Source of the DNA: Nitrospirota bacterium
Lineage (GTDB): Bacteria > Nitrospirota > Thermodesulfovibrionia > Thermodesulfovibrionales > Dissulfurispiraceae
Direction: 5' to 3'
Assembly: GCA_040754455.1 (NCBI GenBank)
Contig: JBFMCP010000018.1
Coordinates: 1-62,009 of the forward strand
Length of the DNA: 62,009 bases
In this document: positions 30,720 through 41,053 of the stretch, piece by piece
How the letters are laid out: every line of letters starts with the position of its first letter
How positions within the stretch are numbered: position 1 is the first letter of the stretch
The notes under the pieces: model-generated
Told to the model about the DNA's origin: nothing
The model's database searches: none
Seen by the model: the letters and a program-made list of their open reading frames with translations, nothing else
Program-made: the position numbers and the translations under genes

Positions 30720-30866
30720 GATTAAAATTATATCATGTGGATTTCATGATGGTAAGACCTGGGGAGAATAGAGAGGCAGCGGGATTAGCATCGTAAGCTT
30801 CCCCTCCAAGTAGACAGGATATAAGTAGAGCTTTCTGGCACAATAAACAACCAGGAGGTTCTAGGG

Positions 30867-31133
30867 ATGAAGAAGACACGATTCACCGAAACACAGATTG
30901 TGGCGATCCTCAAAGAGGCAGACAGCAGAGTACTGGTCAAAGACATCTGTCGCAAGTACGCAATCAGCGATGCAACCTACTATAACTGGAAAGCAAAGTA
31001 TGGAGGGATGCAGGCATCTGATCTGAAGAAAATGAAAGAGCTTGAGCAGGAACTGAGCCAGATGAAGCGCATGTATGCAGATATGGCCCTTGAAAACAGG
31101 GCACTAAAAGATCTGATCGAAAAAAAGTTATAA
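30867..31133 (+). CDS. IS3-family transposase OrfA
   Basis: MKKTRFTETQIVAILKE...ISDATYYNWKAKYGGM; ends in AAAAAAAG, a -1 frameshift motif. Confidence 0.93.
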   Translation: MKKTRFTETQIVAILKEADSRVLVKDICRKYAISDATYYNWKAKYGGMQASDLKKMKELEQELSQMKRMYADMALENRALKDLIEKKL

Positions 31134-31982
31134 GGTCATCTGAGAAACGAGAGGCTGTGCAATATCTCATGGTTGAGCACCGCCTGTCAGTGCAGAGGAG
31201 TTGCACGTGCATTGGGTTATCCAGGGCGGCCTATTACAAGGGCATACAAGCTGACACTGACCGGGATGCCGAGGTTATCGCGGCAACCAATGGGAGTGTT
31301 GGAGAAGCACCCTCGATGGGGGTTTTGGAAGTGCTATATATCGCTGAGGAAAAAGCAGTACCCATGGAATCATAAGCGAGTGTATCGGGTGTATTGCCAG
31401 ATGAAGCTCAATCAGAAGCGGCGGGCAAAGCGGAAGCTGCCCACACGGCAACGACAGCCGTTGATGGTTCCGCTAAGACCAAACCATGTCTGGTCGGCTG
31501 ATTTCATGAGTGATGCGCTGTATGCAGGGAGTCGTTTCAGGACCTTTAATGTGATTGATGACTTTAACCGAGAGGTCGCAGCTATCGAGATCGACACCTC
31601 GCTTACGGCAAAGAGGCTCATCAGGGTGTTTGAGCGGCTGCAGCTGACCCGGGGGCTGCCGGATATCGTGCGGGTCGATAACGGGCCTGAGTTTTTCAGT
31701 AGCGAGGTGGTGACGTGGGCTGAATCAGTGGGGATGCAGATACAGCATATCCAGCCGGGTGAGCCCAATCAGAACGCCTATATTGAGCGGTTCAACTGGA
31801 CGTACCGCGAAGAGGTGCTCGATCTGTACTTGTTTACGAGCTTAACGGAAGTGCGGGAAGCGACGTACTGGTGGATGATCGACTACAATGAGCTGCGACC
31901 CCATGATGCTCTGGGCGATTTGACACCTGCAGAATACATGGAGCAAAATGTCGGAACCTCTACTTTGCAACTGTCTCCCTAA
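31130..31982 (+). pseudogene. IS3-family transposase OrfB (DDE) with an extra internal frameshift
   Basis: WSADF, RVDNGPEF, QNAYIERFN motifs; frame changes near 31285-31296 (EVIAATNG / VLEKHPRWG). Confidence 0.8.
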
Positions 31983-32173
31983 CGGGGAAGCTTACGCCCA
32001 TTTTCAGTGCACTAGGAGTAGAGAAAAAGAATAGGAGGAGTACTCGTCACCATTCAATTTATTTTATATGCGATAGACAAAATACATCACAAATCATTTT
32101 CTCTTCAAAAGCGTTGCAGCTCAAATACAGCCCCAATCTTGACAACCCCCAATAGATAGAGTAAAAAGTAAGT

Positions 32174-32743
32174 ATGAAACGAGTTCTGTTGGTACTCCTC
32201 ATTTTTTCCCTTTTCTCTTGCGCCCCGGTCCTGAGAAAAGACCTCATGGAGCAGGGCAGCATCAACCCTCCGCTCAAATCGATGCAGGAGAATCCCGCGA
32301 CCTATAAGGGGAGGCTGTATATCCTGGGGGGGATTATCGTGAAGACAAAGCTCGTTCCGGAAGGGTCGCTCGTCGAAGCGGTCTATGTTCCTGTCGACTC
32401 CCGTGGCGACCTGAAAAGTTACAAGTATGCCGAAGGGAGATTCCTTGCGCTCTTCCCTAAATCCGCCGGCATCCTCGAACCTGAAATCTATAAGAAAGAG
32501 AGAAAGATCACGGTTGCAGGTGTGTTCGAGGGGACGCGCACCGGCAAGATCGACGAAGTCGACTACGTCTATCCTTTCTTTACCATAAAACAGATACATC
32601 TCTGGGAAGAGGAACGGCCGTACTATCCGTATTACCCCTATGGATATTATCCCTTGGGCTACCCTTACGGCCCCTACTCCCCCTTCTGGTATGATGATCC
32701 CTTCTGGAGACATCGCGCCCCCTACCCGTACTGGTGGTGGTAA
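32174..32743 (+). CDS. Slp-family outer-membrane lipoprotein
   Basis: Lipobox LFSC, GGIIV, GRFLA, ITVAG, YVYP, IHLW; Tyr/Pro/Trp-rich tail. Confidence 0.85.
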   Translation: MKRVLLVLLIFSLFSCAPVLRKDLMEQGSINPPLKSMQENPATYKGRLYILGGIIVKTKLVPEGSLVEAVYVPVDSRGDLKSYKYAEGRFLALFPKSAGILEPEIYKKERKITVAGVFEGTRTGKIDEVDYVYPFFTIKQIHLWEEERPYYPYYPYGYYPLGYPYGPYSPFWYDDPFWRHRAPYPYWWW

Positions 32744-32813
32744 TTTCCCGCCCTGAAGCTACATCATAATGTTCCTTTGCTGAATTGCTGCGAAAAGAAA
32801 TCGTATCACGTTC

Positions 32814-35117
32814 GTGGACATCACTATGACAGAACGACTCAGGCGTATCGGGATACCCGCGGTATTCACGCTCACCCTCTTCTTGAGCGCAGGGCTGTTG
32901 TTCTGCGTCGAGCCGATGGTGGCGAAGATGATCCTGCCGCTCCTCGGCGGGACGCCTGCGGTATGGAATACCTGCATGATGTTTTTCCAGATCGCCCTTC
33001 TTGGAGGGTATCTTTATGCACATATCACCAGCAACCGGTTGGGAGCAGGGCAGCAGATCGTCGTTCACGGCACACTGCTCGTCCTTGCCTTCATGGTGCT
33101 GCCGATTACCATTTCTCGCCAGTGGCTTACTTCAGGGGAAGCCCATCCAATAGGGACTGTGCTCATCCTCCTGCTTACATCGGTGGGTCTGCCCTTTTTC
33201 ATCCTCTCTGCGAGCGCGCCGCTGTTGCAGCGATGGTTTTCTTCCACCGATCATCCCTCTGCAGGCGATCCTTATTTTCTCTATAGCGCAAGCAACTTGG
33301 GCAGCATGCTCGCCCTGATCAGTTATCCTGCGATCATCGAACCATACCTTTCGCTCAGAGCGCAGAGCACCTTCTGGACAGCGGCATACGGGATGCTGGC
33401 GGCGCTCACCCTGGGCTGCGCTTTCATTATGCGGCGCGCTGCAAAAGCAAAAGAAAAGAGCGCTCTCGGCCAGCAAAGCATCGTATCCTCTGCTCCTGAC
33501 ACCGCGGCGTCGCCGTCGGTACGCACACGTCTGCGCTGGATCGTCCTGGCCTTTATCCCTTCGAGCCTCATGCTGGGCGTCACCACCTTTATCAGCACCG
33601 ATATTGCCGCCATTCCGCTCCTCTGGGTGATCCCGTTATCGCTCTACCTCCTCTCGTTCATTCTCGTTTTCGCCAGAATACCCGGGATCATCCACCGGAT
33701 CATGGTGCTGCTCGCCCCGATAGCCGTCGTTATGCTGCTCGCCGTTAATTTCTCTTCGGTGAAGCCTCCCATCGTCGTACTCTCTCTGCTTAATCTCGCC
33801 GCGTTCTTCGTGATCGCGATGGTCTGCCATGGAGAGCTCGCGCGGAGCAGGCCAGCGGCACGGCATCTCACCGGATTCTATTTATGGATGTCCCTGGGAG
33901 GCATGCTGGGCGGCGTTTTCAATGCAGTGCTTGCACCGGTCATCTTCAATGCAGTGATCGAGTACCCGCTTGTCCTGGCTGTTGCTGCGCTGTTCCTCCC
34001 TGCAATGAGAATGCGGCATGCGCTCGCATCACGGAGATGGCTGCAGAGATGCCTCGATCTGGGTCTCCCCCTGCTCCTCGGCATCGTGTCGTACTGGCTG
34101 CTTTCAAAGAAACCTATTACTGCGGAACAAATGACCCGGCTCGCCGCGCTCACCGGAGCGGATGCAGAAGATATTGCGGCAGCGGCTCTGTATATCGTTC
34201 CTGCCGTATTATGCTGGTGCATCGCTCTCATGAACCGCTCCCTGCGGTTCGGACTCGGCGTATGCACCCTCGTTATGGTCCTCCTGGGGAGCGTCGAATG
34301 GGAAAGGAACATTGTTCATCGGGAGCGGAGCTTTTTCGGCGTCATAACCGTGAGCGATGCTACTGATGGGAAGTACCGCTATCTCGTGCATGGCAGGATA
34401 CAGCACGGTAAGCAGTGCCTTGATCCGGCGCGCTGCCGTGAGCCCCTGACCTATTATCATCGCAAGGGTCCTGTCGGGCAGCTCTTCAAGGAATTCAGCG
34501 GCCCCCGGAAAAAATCGCATATCGCCCTGATCGGCCTCGGCGCCGGGACCCTCGCGAGCTACGGCAGCCGGGGCCAGCAGTTTACGTTCTATGAGATCGA
34601 CCCTGTCGTGAAGCGGGTGGCGACGAACCCGGCGCTCTTCACCTACCTGAAGCACTGCAGGGCCGAATGGCGGATTGTCATGGGCGATGCGCGCTTGAAG
34701 CTCGAAAGCGCACCCGAGCATCACTATGGATTGATGTTCGTTGACGCCTTCAGCTCCGATGCAATCCCGGTGCATCTTCTCACCAGGGAGGCGTTCAGGC
34801 TCTATTTCTCGAAGCTCGAGGAGCGCGGTGTGCTGGCCGTCCATATTTCAAACAAATATCTTGACCTGGAACCGGTGGTAAAACGGCTGGCCGCTGATGC
34901 AGGGCTGGCAAGCCGCATACAGAACGATGAGGAGGAAGACACGCGAAAAGAGAAGTACCGTTCCACCTGGGTCATCCTCGCGCGAAAGGATGCTGACTTC
35001 GGACGTCTGGCGCAGGATACGCGCTGGACGCATCTGAACGGTTCCGCAGAGGGACCGGTCTGGACCGATGACTTTTCGAATATCCTGAGTGTGTTTAAGT
35101 GGGGCCCGGGTGGATAG
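32814..35117 (+). CDS. Fused MFS-like membrane domain / spermidine-synthase-like methyltransferase
   Basis: LPLLGGTPAVWNTC, IGLGAGTLA, YEIDP, GDARL, DAFSSDAIPVHLLT, WTDDFSNI. Confidence 0.9.
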   Translation: MDITMTERLRRIGIPAVFTLTLFLSAGLLFCVEPMVAKMILPLLGGTPAVWNTCMMFFQIALLGGYLYAHITSNRLGAGQQIVVHGTLLVLAFMVLPITISRQWLTSGEAHPIGTVLILLLTSVGLPFFILSASAPLLQRWFSSTDHPSAGDPYFLYSASNLGSMLALISYPAIIEPYLSLRAQSTFWTAAYGMLAALTLGCAFIMRRAAKAKEKSALGQQSIVSSAPDTAASPSVRTRLRWIVLAFIPSSLMLGVTTFISTDIAAIPLLWVIPLSLYLLSFILVFARIPGIIHRIMVLLAPIAVVMLLAVNFSSVKPPIVVLSLLNLAAFFVIAMVCHGELARSRPAARHLTGFYLWMSLGGMLGGVFNAVLAPVIFNAVIEYPLVLAVAALFLPAMRMRHALASRRWLQRCLDLGLPLLLGIVSYWLLSKKPITAEQMTRLAALTGADAEDIAAAALYIVPAVLCWCIALMNRSLRFGLGVCTLVMVLLGSVEWERNIVHRERSFFGVITVSDATDGKYRYLVHGRIQHGKQCLDPARCREPLTYYHRKGPVGQLFKEFSGPRKKSHIALIGLGAGTLASYGSRGQQFTFYEIDPVVKRVATNPALFTYLKHCRAEWRIVMGDARLKLESAPEHHYGLMFVDAFSSDAIPVHLLTREAFRLYFSKLEERGVLAVHISNKYLDLEPVVKRLAADAGLASRIQNDEEEDTRKEKYRSTWVILARKDADFGRLAQDTRWTHLNGSAEGPVWTDDFSNILSVFKWGPGG

Positions 35118-35139
35118 GGGAAATCTTGAAAGTGCTCTC

Positions 35140-35176
35140 CCTCTGTCATCCTGCGGAAAGCACAGGATGACAGAGG
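35140..35176. terminator. REP-like hairpin / probable terminator between convergent genes
   Basis: CCTCTGTCATCCTG ... CAGGATGACAGAGG. Confidence 0.6.
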
Positions 35177-35188
35177 AGCGTTGTTTGG

Positions 35189-35500
35189 TTAGCAGCCGGG
35201 CTTCGTGCCTTTCAGATCATTGAAGCTCTTGATGACGTTCTTGCCGCCCTCATTGGTGTACTTAACCTTCACCTCGTCGCCCTTCTCGAGCCTGTCGCCG
35301 AGCTTTTTAAGCGCACCCTCGTGCTCGACCACAAAGGTCATGTCCTTGCCGTCGATGGTGACGACCACCGTCTTCTTGTTGAGATCGTAATCCTTGATCT
35401 TTCCTTTGCCTTCCATCTTTTCTGCCAGTGCGACACCTGCGAACAGGGCGATGCAGAAAAGAGTTACCACCAATACCGCTGTTGCTCTTACTGCTTTCAT
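35189..35500 (-). CDS. Small exported OB-fold-like protein
   Basis: Signal peptide ending VALA; LEKGDEVKVKY; C-terminal PGC. Confidence 0.8.
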   Translation of the reverse strand: MKAVRATAVLVVTLFCIALFAGVALAEKMEGKGKIKDYDLNKKTVVVTIDGKDMTFVVEHEGALKKLGDRLEKGDEVKVKYTNEGGKNVIKSFNDLKGTKPGC

Positions 35501-35631
35501 GGTATCCTCCTATGGTATAACGAGAGAGAAGGAAGTCCTTCGCTCTTCTTGCATTCCGACAATCATCGGATGATCATACTACGATTATACGCCAGCAACA
35601 ATCACAAATAAAGTCCGGAAGTCCGCCTCGA

Positions 35632-37596
35632 TCAGTTGCGGTGGTTGCACTCGTGCTTGATGCCGTCAAGAAGCGCAACTATGGTGTTTGAGACACTATC
35701 CATTTCGTGATAACACTGCTCCGCCTTCTCCCTGTTGCCTGCGCGATACGCGGTGACGGCCTCTTTTGCCAGAGTATGTATCCTCTCATGAGGTACATCC
35801 ACTTCTTTAAAGCTCTTCAGCTCTCCGCATATTTCTTTCCCTTCTCCCCAGTACCACTTGCCGAATCTGCAGGAGTGGTGATCAGGAAGTTGATCGGGGT
35901 CAAGCATCGTATCTCCTTTCAGACACGCCCCTATCCTGTCGACGAATATCCGGTGATCCATTTTCGCCGTATCCAAGATCATCAGCTCACTTCCTTTTAT
36001 CTTGAAGCCTGCGGTGGAACCTCTCAGGTCATCCGCGACCTTGGTCAGGCCGTTCACCTTGTGCGTCATCTCTTCCGCGAGGCCTTCCAGCTCTTTCGCA
36101 ATCATGGATGTCTGCTCGATATTGCCCGACACTTCTTCCGAAGCGGCAGATTGCTCTTCAACCGCTGCTGCGATCTGGGTCACCTGATCACGGACCTTCT
36201 GCACCGACTCGACGATCTGGTTCAATGAGCCGCCCACCTCCCTGATGAACTCCGTCGCCTTCGTAACACCGCCGGAGGCTTCTGCCATGGACTTCGTCGT
36301 CTGCTCGGACTCCGACTGCACGGCGGTGATCTTCTGGGTGATCTCTTCGGTCGCCTTGACGGTCCTCTCGGCGAGTTTTCGCACCTCATCGGCGACGACG
36401 GCAAAGCCCCTTCCCTGCTCACCGGCACGGGCCGCCTCTATTGCGGCGTTGAGGGCGAGCAGGTTCGTCTGGTCGGCGATATCCTTGATCACGGTAACGA
36501 TATCGCCGATCTCTGCGGTCCTGTTGTTGAGTTTCTCGACCATCGTGGCAAGCTCTACAGTCGAGGTATAGACTCTGCCGACGGTCTCGACAGCGCCGTC
36601 GGCGATCTCCTTGCCTCTTGTCGCAGTCGTCATTGCTTCAGACGATGTCTCCGAGGCGATCGAAGCGTTCTTTGCAATGTCGGTAATCGTCTGGGTCATC
36701 TCCTCGGCAGCGGTCGCAATCTGGGCAGCCTGGCCCGACTGCTTCTTTGCGCCATCCATGGTTTTTTCAGCAGTCTTGCTTACCACGTCTATAGTTGCAA
36801 CAACATCATTGGTTGCGGCAAGGGCCTTGCCGATCATCTGGTTGAAGGATTCGACCATCGTATTCATGCTGCGGGCGAGGACCCCTATCTCGTCATTGCC
36901 GTTATGTTCGATAGCGACTCTCAGGTCGCCCCCGGCGATCTTTTCTGCAACTGCTGCAATGTTCTTGATCGGGGGTACCACTCCTTTGATGATCAAGAAC
37001 GTGAGCAGAATGCCGATGACCAGGCCGGCAATCGCTCCGATGATGAGGACAACGATAACCTTTTTCTTGAGCGAGAGGGTACTGGCGGTTGCGTGTTTGA
37101 TCTTCTTGTCCTGGAGTGTCGCTATACTCAGGAGGATGCTCTTGACCTTATATTCATAATCATCCTTGCTCTGGAGCTCTGCGGCCGAGAGGGTGCTCTT
37201 CTGCTCTTTTGCCGCTACCAGCTTTTTGAAGAGGCCCTCAAATTCTTTTATCAGTGCCTCGGCATCCTCTATTTTCTTCTTCTCTTCAGGGGTGGCAGAC
37301 TTCTTTATCTCGCCGAGGTTATCGATTGTGCCTTCGACTTCGCTGTCGAAGTTCTCGATAATCTCCTCGTTTTTGGTCGTCGAAAAAGAGTAGGCGGTGA
37401 AATAGCCCACGGTATTCGAAAAATGTTCTTTTGCGCTCTGTGCATATTGCTTGCTCACGACCGGCCCGTTGAGAACGTCGTCGTAAGAAAGCGTCGTCTT
37501 CTGCAAGGCGTAAATGCCGAGCAACGAGAGCGTTAAAATAATAAGCAGAAATATCCCTGATACAGCGTAAAGCTTCTTTGCAATGGTCAACTGCAT
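35632..37596 (-). CDS. Methyl-accepting chemotaxis protein with C-terminal CZB domain
   Basis: TM-sensor-[41 protein letters not shown]-terminal DH...[10 protein letters not shown]...HERIH. Confidence 0.95.
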   Translation of the reverse strand: MQLTIAKKLYAVSGIFLLIILTLSLLGIYALQKTTLSYDDVLNGPVVSKQYAQSAKEHFSNTVGYFTAYSFSTTKNEEIIENFDSEVEGTIDNLGEIKKSATPEEKKKIEDAEALIKEFEGLFKKLVAAKEQKSTLSAAELQSKDDYEYKVKSILLSIATLQDKKIKHATASTLSLKKKVIVVLIIGAIAGLVIGILLTFLIIKGVVPPIKNIAAVAEKIAGGDLRVAIEHNGNDEIGVLARSMNTMVESFNQMIGKALAATNDVVATIDVVSKTAEKTMDGAKKQSGQAAQIATAAEEMTQTITDIAKNASIASETSSEAMTTATRGKEIADGAVETVGRVYTSTVELATMVEKLNNRTAEIGDIVTVIKDIADQTNLLALNAAIEAARAGEQGRGFAVVADEVRKLAERTVKATEEITQKITAVQSESEQTTKSMAEASGGVTKATEFIREVGGSLNQIVESVQKVRDQVTQIAAAVEEQSAASEEVSGNIEQTSMIAKELEGLAEEMTHKVNGLTKVADDLRGSTAGFKIKGSELMILDTAKMDHRIFVDRIGACLKGDTMLDPDQLPDHHSCRFGKWYWGEGKEICGELKSFKEVDVPHERIHTLAKEAVTAYRAGNREKAEQCYHEMDSVSNTIVALLDGIKHECNHRN

Positions 37597-38215
37597 CTCA
37601 AGCCCTCCCCGCTGAGACCAGCCCTACTGCTTTCCCCCCTTGCAGCGATCGATCTTGCGTACGTTGTTTACCTCTTTTGGTCAACCTTTTTTCCCTTACT
37701 CTTCATTCTGCCTCACAGAAAGCAGTGATCATTACCAGCCGTTTTGCGAAAGCGATCCCACGCATTGATAAAAATCCGATGATTGTTCTTTGGGATGCCT
37801 GCTGATCTTTCGAGTCTTCCAGCGTCTCCAACGGCTGCGCACCTTCTTTATCGACGTATCCCCTCTTTTTCTTGACTACCAGGAGAAAGCCCCGGGGTGT
37901 TGCCAGGACAGCAAGAATAAAAAGAAGTGTGTATAAATGGGAACTTATATAAAAAAACAGGGTGTTCTTTTTTTTCAAATACTCTTGCCATTTCATAATC
38001 GAGTTCCGCCCTTGTTACAAAAAGTGACGTCTCCGGTGCCGAAGGTCGCGGACGACGCAGCGGAAAGCACCAGATGCTTGCATACCTGAGGTGCGCGGCA
38101 AAATCCACTCCTTATAGATGATCTCGGCAAGATCGATGATGGTTGCGCCTTCGGGGAGTACAAAGGGGTTCCTTTCCCCTCCCTTCTTTTTTCGGGCGGC
38201 CTGCTTGTAGCGCCG

Positions 38216-38509
38216 CTACCGCAGCCGCGCTCCGCAGTTGCGGCACGCCTCCCTGTTGATATCTTTCCCCAGGTATTTTCTGCAGGAAGGGCACCGCCAG
38301 TTCCATGCGCTGAACCCGATGAAGGCGATGATCGTGATGACCTGCGCCGCTGAAATGTCCCGGCTGGAGAACTCCCCGAAGAGATCAGTCCGCCTATAGA
38401 CAAGCACGAAGAAGATCAGGAGCAGGAAAGTGAGCGATATGGCAAAGAGCTGGCGGTTGAGGCGCCTTCTGAACTCCTGAACGATCTGCTCCTTATTCAA
38501 ATCCTTCAT
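38216..38509 (-). CDS. Membrane protein with C-terminal zinc ribbon
   Basis: Two TM segments, then WRCPSC...CRNCG. Confidence 0.75.
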   Translation of the reverse strand: MKDLNKEQIVQEFRRRLNRQLFAISLTFLLLIFFVLVYRRTDLFGEFSSRDISAAQVITIIAFIGFSAWNWRCPSCRKYLGKDINREACRNCGARLR

Positions 38510-38625
38510 ATTGATGCTCTCCTCACCATGTCAGTCCGCTATTATACCTTCCCTCCTGCATTGCATTCAAAGCGGCCTCCTGCGCTCATTTGCTTTTTGC
38601 GCAGCAGAATAATTACCATTGATGA

Positions 38626-38976
38626 ATGGAAGACAACGCATTGCCCGAAGAGCAGCGGTTATGCCTTGCCTGCCGCCGCTGCTGCAGGGAGGTCGGCATC
38701 TACACCCATGCGGGCTTTTATACCTGCGGCGAAGGCCCGATCATCGATTTCTATGAGAAGCGGGGCTTCACCGTCACCCGTTCGGATGAGCTCCTCGTGC
38801 TGACGATAAAAGTTCCTTGTCCGCACCTGAAAGAGGAGGGGTGCGATATCTATGAGAACAGGCCGAAGGTCTGCATGGACTATTCGGGCATCGATGATTT
38901 CGGCAAAGAATGCTACTGGTCCTCTCTCCCCGAGCACCGGAAAGGCACCGGCAGCGGGTCCGGCACAGCAAAATAG
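38626..38976 (+). CDS. YkgJ-family cysteine cluster protein (paralog of 8233-8598)
   Basis: CLACRRCC...CPHL...GCDIYENRPKVC. Confidence 0.85.
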   Translation: MEDNALPEEQRLCLACRRCCREVGIYTHAGFYTCGEGPIIDFYEKRGFTVTRSDELLVLTIKVPCPHLKEEGCDIYENRPKVCMDYSGIDDFGKECYWSSLPEHRKGTGSGSGTAK

Positions 38977-38986
38977 TCAGCCGCTT

Positions 38987-39286
38987 TCATGAGAGCAGCT
39001 TCTCGAGTATTGCGTACCCGCCACAGGGCGGACCCGATTCATTGTCTCTGAAATCGCAACCGTCAACAAGGAAGTCACACTTGTCACAGACCATCTCTTT
39101 TATCGCGCTATCTTTTGAAAATTCAGGGGCAGGGGGCTTGAAGAGTTTCAGTAGGGAATGCAATTCGGCTGCAGTGAGATTGTTCCTGAGAAATACATAC
39201 GTGCCGCAGTGGAGCTCCTCTTTCCCCTCTTTGTAAAAGCGGCAGAACCCCTTGCAGATTAGTTCTACATATCCTTCATCTTTCAT
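38987..39286 (-). CDS. Cys-rich hypothetical protein
   Basis: ICKGFCRFYK..CG...CDKCDF..DGCDF...PPCGG; TAATG coupling to cutA. Confidence 0.75.
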   Translation of the reverse strand: MKDEGYVELICKGFCRFYKEGKEELHCGTYVFLRNNLTAAELHSLLKLFKPPAPEFSKDSAIKEMVCDKCDFLVDGCDFRDNESGPPCGGYAILEKLLS

Positions 39287-39600
39287 TATCCCGTGACCTC
39301 TCCAAGCCAGCTGAGGTAATCCTCGGAGCCTGTAACGATAGGTATGGCGATTACTTCGGGAACAGTATAGCTGTGCAGCTCTTTGACGCGCTGCTCGAGC
39401 GATTCGAACAAGTGCTTTTGCGTCTTGCAGATCATGAGCACCTCATTATCGTCCTCGATGTCACCCTGCCAGCTATAGATGGAGCGGATGCCTTTGACGA
39501 TATTGACGCACCCTGCAAGTTTTTCACTCACAAGAGTTCTGGCAATCTTGGCAGCCTCTTCTTCATTCGGTGCGGTAATGTAGACAACGATCGCTTCCAT
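39286..39600 (-). CDS. cutA: Divalent-cation tolerance protein CutA
   Basis: LAGCVNI..IRSIYSWQG...E...KT...HSYTVPEVI...YLSW. Confidence 0.95.
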   Translation of the reverse strand: MEAIVVYITAPNEEEAAKIARTLVSEKLAGCVNIVKGIRSIYSWQGDIEDDNEVLMICKTQKHLFESLEQRVKELHSYTVPEVIAIPIVTGSEDYLSWLGEVTG

Positions 39601-39615
39601 ACTACAAAAGCCTCC

Positions 39616-40743
39616 TTATAACATCAGCGTTCCCTCTTTGAGCAGCTGAATGCGTTTATTGTCTTTAGTCTTCAGCGTCACCGTCGGCTTGAAGAAAACG
39701 AAGTCCTGGTGGAAAGGAGTTTTTACGATGCCGCCGAAGGTGCTGTTGTCGCCGAGGGCGATGTGGATAGTGCCGAGTATCTTCTCGGATTCGAGGATAT
39801 TGTCGGGCCGTCGCGCCCTCTCGTTGGTCCCGATGCCGAGCTCGGCGATATTCCTGTTCTCCCCACGCTCGTTCAGTTTTTCTCTCAGATACTCAGTGTA
39901 GGGCTCATCGCCGATGATATCGACCACCCTGCCGCCTTTCACCATAAGAGTGATGGGTGATTGCAATTCACGAGTAGGCGCCCATTCAAGCACGAGCTTC
40001 CCTTCAGCAGTTCCCTCGAGCGGCGCGAGAAACGCCTCTCCTGCAGGGAGATTGCCGAAAGCGCCCGGTTTGGTGAGCATTCCTGTATCAGCGAGCGCCT
40101 GCCTTCCTTTTTTTGAGAGGGTGATATGGGTGCCGTTCGGCGAGGTGATTTCAATTTCTTCAGCCTTGTTCACGAGGCGCGCCGTCGCGGTAGTCCTCTT
40201 TGCAAGCGCCTTCCAATCAACCGCCATCGCTCCTTCGAGCATGCCGACCTCGAAGAGCGGCATGCTCGCATAGCGGCAACCGCAGAGGCGTGTCAGGAAA
40301 TCCCTGAATTTTGTATGGCTGGTAGAGTAGTTGGAAAGGGCGATGACAGCATGGACCGCAGATCGCCGGTACCGATGTATGATCGCTTCAGCCTTTTTGA
40401 TCCCGGCATCGGAGAGCTCTTTTCTGAGAAGGGGCGTGAGGAGTCGTGCCTTCCTCAATTCGCCGACGGTTTTTTCGCCGAACGCTGCAGCCCATAGTGC
40501 TTGGGGCGGCTCGGCGCCGTGACTGCCGACAGCAGGGAATTCATGATAGAGGACTTTTTTGGTAAATCCCTTCCCGACCTCGGCGACAAGGAGCGCAACA
40601 TCTCTCAGCCGCTCCCGCCTGCAGAGATCGGGGCCCTGGACCGCTTCCGAGGGAGAGATCCTGTCGGTAAAGACCAGCACCCGCTCACCGTTTTTTATGC
40701 CGAGATTGGTTTTGTAGATGGAGCGAATCGTCTGTGTGATCAT
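39616..40743 (-). CDS. Aminopeptidase (M29/AmpS-like thermophilic metalloprotease family)
   Basis: GNLPAGEAFLAP, IAELGIGTN, LESEKILGTIHIALGDN..FGG...HQD. Confidence 0.85.
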   Translation of the reverse strand: MITQTIRSIYKTNLGIKNGERVLVFTDRISPSEAVQGPDLCRRERLRDVALLVAEVGKGFTKKVLYHEFPAVGSHGAEPPQALWAAAFGEKTVGELRKARLLTPLLRKELSDAGIKKAEAIIHRYRRSAVHAVIALSNYSTSHTKFRDFLTRLCGCRYASMPLFEVGMLEGAMAVDWKALAKRTTATARLVNKAEEIEITSPNGTHITLSKKGRQALADTGMLTKPGAFGNLPAGEAFLAPLEGTAEGKLVLEWAPTRELQSPITLMVKGGRVVDIIGDEPYTEYLREKLNERGENRNIAELGIGTNERARRPDNILESEKILGTIHIALGDNSTFGGIVKTPFHQDFVFFKPTVTLKTKDNKRIQLLKEGTLML

Positions 40744-40757
40744 GGTCTCTCCCGAAG

Positions 40758-41052
40758 AAAATTAAACTCTAAACACTACTATCTAAATTCTAAACAAATT
40801 CAAAACACAAATTCCAAGTTTTTTCGGATTTCGGATTGAGAGCGTCTAGCGGAATGTGGAAGAGGGAGTCAGAGAAGGCAGAGTATGATCGCTCATTCTC
40901 GGAGGAATACATCCACGCATTCCTCCGAGGGAGACAGCCTGCTTCACCATCCCTGGTTACGCGTAGGCTGTCTAAACCGCTCTCATACTCTACCCTGCCC
41001 GACTCCGGGCTCTTTCATTTCGTTAGAGGCTCTTTGAATTTCGAGTTTCCGT
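40758..41052. repeat. AT-rich 7-mer-periodic palindrome interrupted by a structured element (copy B, 40838-41034)
   Basis: AAACTCT/AAATTCT/AAATTC arm and GAATTTCGAGTTT arm flank a ~200-bp long imperfect hairpin whose core matches 28282-28464 in reverse orientation. Confidence 0.6.
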
Positions 41053-41053
41053 G

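Larger units (their letters stand above)
30792..31996 (+). mobile_element. IS3-family insertion sequence (~1.2 kb)
   Basis: IRs CGTAAGCTTCCCCTCCAAGTAGACAG and CTGTCTCCCTAACGGGGAAGCTTACG; orfA/orfB with an A7G slippery site. Confidence 0.93.
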
